64,000 bases of DNA, from assembly GCA_963705305.1 (NCBI GenBank), contig OY970067.1, positions 4,832,001-4,896,000 of the forward strand, written 5' to 3'. The position numbers and the translations under genes were made by a program. Positions 60,025 to 64,000 of this stretch are shown piece by piece. Under the pieces are notes generated by a model that saw only the letters and a program-made list of their open reading frames with translations, searched no databases and was not told the origin of the DNA. Position 1 is the first letter of the stretch. Every line of letters begins with the position of its first letter. This DNA comes from an uncultured Methylomirabilota bacterium. Lineage in GTDB: Bacteria; Methylomirabilota; Methylomirabilia; Methylomirabilales; 2-02-FULL-66-22.

Positions 60025-60702
60025 TCAGTTTGCCATCAACCTTTCAATGCACCCGGGGGTGCCAATCGCGGGGTTGTTGACCCGCCGGCTCACCGGGTAC
60101 GCCTCCATCTGTTCGGCAGGACATAGGCGGAGGAGGGGCTGTAAGCGTTCGGCCCCTTGCACAGAAGGATCGAGCCACACATCGTAGTCCGCCGACGACA
60201 GGATCACCGGCATGCGGAGATGCAGGGGCTCCATGAGCGCGTTCGCCACGGTAGTAATGATGGTGCAGGAGTCGATGGGCTGGCCATCCTGGGGATTCCA
60301 GCGTTCCCGCAGGCCCACAAAGGCGAAGGGCCGGCTATCGCGCCGGTGGATGTAGAAGGGCTGCTTGCGGCGCTCCTGCCGCTGCCATTCGTAGAAGCCG
60401 TCCGCGAGGATGAGGCACCGCCTCCCCCTGAAGGTGCGGCGGAAGGCCGGCTTCGTCGCCACTGTCTCCGCCCGGGCGTTGATCAGGCGGGTGCCGACGC
60501 CGGGTTCCTCCGCCCATGGCGGGATGAGACCCCAGAGGAGGAGACGAGCCTGCCGGTCGGGAGCGTCAGGCATGTTCACAACGGCGAGGACTTCTTGTGT
60601 GGGAGCAATGTTGTAGCGGGGCGTCCAGACGAGAAAGCTGGCCAAATTAAACTGCCGGACGAGGGTCGTGGCAGATGCGCTGAGGGTGAAGCGACCACAC
60701 AT
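60025..60702 (-). CDS. SOS response-associated peptidase (SRAP; YedK/HMCES family)
   Basis: N-terminal MCGRF, RYNIAPTQ, INARAET, RCLILADGFYEW, H.RMPVIL. Confidence 0.95.
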   Translation of the reverse strand: MCGRFTLSASATTLVRQFNLASFLVWTPRYNIAPTQEVLAVVNMPDAPDRQARLLLWGLIPPWAEEPGVGTRLINARAETVATKPAFRRTFRGRRCLILADGFYEWQRQERRKQPFYIHRRDSRPFAFVGLRERWNPQDGQPIDSCTIITTVANALMEPLHLRMPVILSSADYDVWLDPSVQGAERLQPLLRLCPAEQMEAYPVSRRVNNPAIGTPGCIERLMAN

Positions 60703-60932
60703 AGCGTGATTACGCCAACCCGCGAGGGACCATTCACTACAGAGAGTCTACTCCACCTTCGATACCTTTCACCACTCGCTGTCTCCTCTTCCACCTCACC
60801 TCGTACGAACAGCCCGCATCTTCGTTGAAAGAGGCCGGCCCGTGAAAGGGGTCGGGAAAACTGGGCGGCGTTACCATAGCATCGACGATATTGGATGGGT
60901 GGCGGGTAATCCATCTTCCTCGTCCCCCGTAG

Positions 60933-61697
60933 CTATGGCTTTGGCGCATATGGTTCGAAGACGCTTTGCAATTCCCGAATTATCTCCTCGATTTTCAGAT
61001 CGATGCTCATGATTTGAAACCGCTGGGGGAAAATGAGCTGGAACACCTTTAGCGTGCCGATGGCCACTTCAACAGCCATCTTTACGGTTGCGACGATGGC
61101 AAACGCTTCAGGATGCAGAATCCCGACCTTATAGGTAAGCGGCTGCTCGGCCCTCCGCATGGAGATGAAGAGCCCCATCTGGTTTGGGTGGGCACCAAAG
61201 TCAATGGTTCTCTCGTATAGCTGGCCCATCACCTTCGCGCCAGCGGAATCGAGCGACCTATGGGTGGCCCGGACATTCGCAACCGTGAACTCCTTCTTAC
61301 AGCTTTTTTTCGCTGCCTCGTCCTCATTTCGCCGCAACCACACTTTGCTCCGCTCAGGAGGTCGTGGGTCCTTCGCAATATGCAACGCATACCATCCCTG
61401 CTCGATTGCAACCCGAAGTACCACGGAGGCTTCAGAGAGCTGGCCACTCATCGAGAGCCGAACTGCTGCGAGAAACGAGGACCAAGCTCGTATCATAAGG
61501 AAGCGGGGAACAACTAGTTCCTCGCGGTTGTCCTTCTCCATCGCGGCCTGAACAAACTGAAAGACCGCGTGGACCCGTTTAAGGAGAGCGTACATCGATG
61601 AGAAGTTGATTGAAGAGGCCCGATTATTGAATTCGGCATCTCTAAAAAACGACGATAGGGGATCGTCATCCCAGGCTGGTAATTGCATTTGCACCAT
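60933..61697 (-). CDS. Hypothetical all-alpha protein (possibly HEPN-related)
   Basis: 254 aa ORF, lower GC; LRVAIE and LYERTIDFGAHPN motifs. Confidence 0.75.
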   Translation of the reverse strand: MVQMQLPAWDDDPLSSFFRDAEFNNRASSINFSSMYALLKRVHAVFQFVQAAMEKDNREELVVPRFLMIRAWSSFLAAVRLSMSGQLSEASVVLRVAIEQGWYALHIAKDPRPPERSKVWLRRNEDEAAKKSCKKEFTVANVRATHRSLDSAGAKVMGQLYERTIDFGAHPNQMGLFISMRRAEQPLTYKVGILHPEAFAIVATVKMAVEVAIGTLKVFQLIFPQRFQIMSIDLKIEEIIRELQSVFEPYAPKP

Positions 61698-61934
61698 CTC
61701 TTCGCTCCCTCAGGTCGCTCAATCCCCTTTTCGATATTCCTCCTGCTTCCGGCCCCATCCCTTCACCGCCTCAGCCTTCTCTGCGAGGACGGCGAGGCCC
61801 TTCAGTTCTCCGGAACAGGCAGTGGCACTCGGTCCATGACGAGCTGGGCCGCCCAGCGCCCTACGATCTCTTGGAGGCAACGGCCACCTGCAGCGGCTCG
61901 CCAGGGGGGCCAACGACGAGTAATCTCTTCAGCG

Positions 61935-62483
61935 TCATTCCACAGGGTCTCCGAACGACATCCCTAGGATCTCAAGACCCTCATCCTCTCGGCCCGCCGC
62001 ATTCGAGACGAGGGGGATGAAAGCGGACAAGTCTTCGTACGCCATCTCCACAAAGTCCCGGTCAGCGTACCGGTGTCTTTCCCTCGGGGGGAACATAACA
62101 TCCTGCTCACTACTGTTTGTCTCAAAGTCGAAGGCGTCATACTTGGCGTGGGCCAAAGCATTCCGACGAGAAACGCACCTGAACAAGGTCACGAACGGTC
62201 TACTCTCCGGTTGCACAGCAATGCCTAGCCGCTCGCATAGAAACAGAGCCTTCCTGCGGGTGGGAGACCTCTCGACCCGGTCTCTCCAATCCGAGCATAC
62301 CTCCTCGCCGATGTGATTGAGGAAAGCCTCAAACGCGAACGCGATGAAGAACAAGGCGGCCAGACGGTTGAAGTACTCTTCGCGGGGGCTGGCCTCCTTC
62401 CGCGCAAGGAATCGCCTCGCTCCGGCCCGGAATTCGGCGTACTGACGGTACTCGCCGTAGATCCGTCTACGCCCCTTACTCAT
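61935..62483 (-). CDS. Hypothetical protein with HEPN-like RxxxxH motif
   Basis: AFAFEAFLN helix and RNALAH; start taken at MSKGRR. Confidence 0.7.
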   Translation of the reverse strand: MSKGRRRIYGEYRQYAEFRAGARRFLARKEASPREEYFNRLAALFFIAFAFEAFLNHIGEEVCSDWRDRVERSPTRRKALFLCERLGIAVQPESRPFVTLFRCVSRRNALAHAKYDAFDFETNSSEQDVMFPPRERHRYADRDFVEMAYEDLSAFIPLVSNAAGREDEGLEILGMSFGDPVE

Positions 62484-62530
62484 CGATACCCCCGCCTCCC
62501 CACCCCCCCAATGGGGCGCCATGCCTCGTC

Positions 62531-62653
62531 TCAATTCCTCGGCCACAACTCCGAGGCCACCACTCCCTCCGACGCTTCCGCATCGAGCCTGTACAGGAGG
62601 TCGATGCCGATCAGGGTCTCCAGCTCACGGACGCTCACCGTATTGGCTGCGAG
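62531..62653 (-). pseudogene. Possible C-terminal remnant of a DNA/RNA non-specific endonuclease
   Basis: LAANTVSVRELETLIGIDLLYRLDAEASEGVVASELWPRN*, bounded upstream by TAG. Confidence 0.45.
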
Positions 62654-62802
62654 CTAGTCACACACGGCTAAACGGGCTCCCTGATCTCGGCCGAGCGCGC
62701 CGCTCTTGCCTCACTGTTGCAGGCCTTTCAACACCACCGCAGCCGCATCGGGGTCATGGCTCAGCGACCTCGGTGACACCATCGACTCGCGGAGCCGAAC
62801 GG

Positions 62803-63372
62803 TCACGGAGCCCTCGGGAACTCCTTTATGGCGGCCCCTGTCGGCAGATGCTCATAGCCGACGAACACCGGCGTCACCGTACAGTCCGGTTTCGCCTTTT
62901 CCACCCCTGCTGCTTTTAGAGGCCCGGCAGCACTCGCAGCCGCGCTTGCGAGATTCTGCAGTGTCTTCCCCTGCTCGGGTGTCGAGACCGTGTTAATTGC
63001 AGTCAGAATGCCATCGCTCGATAACGTTGCCCCGAACGTGTAGGCCTCCAAGAGGCCGTGCTCGTAGTGCAGACGATATGGATGTTGATCGTCCGGGACC
63101 GAGACAACCTTCCGAGTCTCGACCGGATTGCATTCGCCGGAAGGCACGGTCGGCGACCCCGGCTTGGTCGGATCCGCCGGCACATTGATTTGGATCAATT
63201 GATCGACCTCAACCAGGGGGATTGCGCGGTAAACGATTATCCCGACGGTATCCCTCTTGTCTTGATAATTCTTGGCTATCTCGGCGGGGTCGAGGGGGGA
63301 CATGATGACACTGCCGCTGCAAGCTGCCGCCATGAGCCCAAGCAAGACAGGCAAAGCTATCCTTCGTATCAT
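62803..63372 (-). CDS. Hypothetical lipoprotein
   Basis: 189 aa, lipobox MAAAC; resembles the domains of 51356..52576. Confidence 0.8.
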   Translation of the reverse strand: MIRRIALPVLLGLMAAACSGSVIMSPLDPAEIAKNYQDKRDTVGIIVYRAIPLVEVDQLIQINVPADPTKPGSPTVPSGECNPVETRKVVSVPDDQHPYRLHYEHGLLEAYTFGATLSSDGILTAINTVSTPEQGKTLQNLASAAASAAGPLKAAGVEKAKPDCTVTPVFVGYEHLPTGAAIKEFPRAP

Positions 63373-64000
63373 AGCCGTTCCCCCTTTCTGATTGCCGAAA
63401 CCACGTGTGACCCACTCGATTCCCTGCGCCCACTGCGGTGCAAGACTGCAGAGAACTATCTCACCTCCATTTCATCCATTGTTGTGACTTTCATCCAGGA
63501 GATTCCGCCGTCCGTTCGCGACACCTGCCTGCGATTTGGGGACACAGCGATCCGCTCCCGTGGTCCTCACGGCGTGTGGTTCCCACTCGTGCTGTGCATC
63601 CGCCTGGCTCGTCCCCGTACCAGCGCGAGGCGCTTCAGATCGGTCAGCTCCGGGTTCGTCACGTCCTCCCGCAGGCAGCGGCAATGGTAGCGTGGGCGGG
63701 ATCCGAGCAGGAGCCGCTCCGCGTGAGACACGTTGACCATCCTCTCTGTGTTACCGTCGCGCAGCATCTCAGCTCTCTCGGTTACCTCGACTCACATGAG
63801 CAGCCCTTGGCACGGGAAGATGGCAGCGGTGGTGGGGTCAGCTCTCCGACAGTAAATTCACCCGGTAAATCTTCACAGGTTCTTCTCTTCCTCGTATCTT
63901 CGCCTCTCCGAGCGATTCCAGCTTCACTGGCACGGTCAGATTCTTCTTTGTAGATTCAGAAATGATGATGCCGCCTCCCAATCGCTTGGTGAGCCCTTCA

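Noticed and set aside
63400..64000. Short ORFs at the right edge
   Set aside because: No motifs or consistent coding signal; context truncated by the window

Overview
High-GC bacterial chromosome segment, probably from a diderm (LolB-like, TPR and Mla genes present). From 1 to about 49.4 kb it is one minus-strand housekeeping supercluster. In transcription order: TPR-lolB-like-ispE-prs-rplY-pth-rpsF-ssb-rpsR-yybS-rplI-dnaB, a four-gene Mla/MCE cassette, radA-carD-PIN/TRAM-ispDF-cysS-rlmB, tRNA Thr-Tyr-Gly-Thr-tuf-rpmG-tRNA Trp-secE-nusG-rplKAJL-rpoBC, then the str, S10 and spc ribosomal protein operons up to a partial rplO. From 49.9 to 58 kb lie a higBA toxin-antitoxin pair, a GNAT, a lipoprotein, engB, a thioesterase, leuB, HMG-CoA lyase, an LsrG-like protein, kduI and a cupin. 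From about 58.2 kb there is an accessory, partly decayed region, lower in GC by eye: integrase remnant, hidden collagen-like gene, Mth938-like, SRAP, two HEPN-like ORFs, nuclease remnant and a lipoprotein. Main observations: (1) four lesions in core genes (rplV, tuf, yybS, rplY) are all repaired by restoring the palindrome GACGTC, which suggests a host DNA-modification motif seen through base-calling errors; (2) two copies of a MITE-like element with 4-bp target duplications sit on TAG stop codons and bracket the Mla cassette; (3) the Mla system has a five-repeat MlaD (periods 34/41/41/34 aa) coupled to an unknown beta-repeat exported protein. All family assignments come from reading the sequence and recalled motifs; no searches were run.
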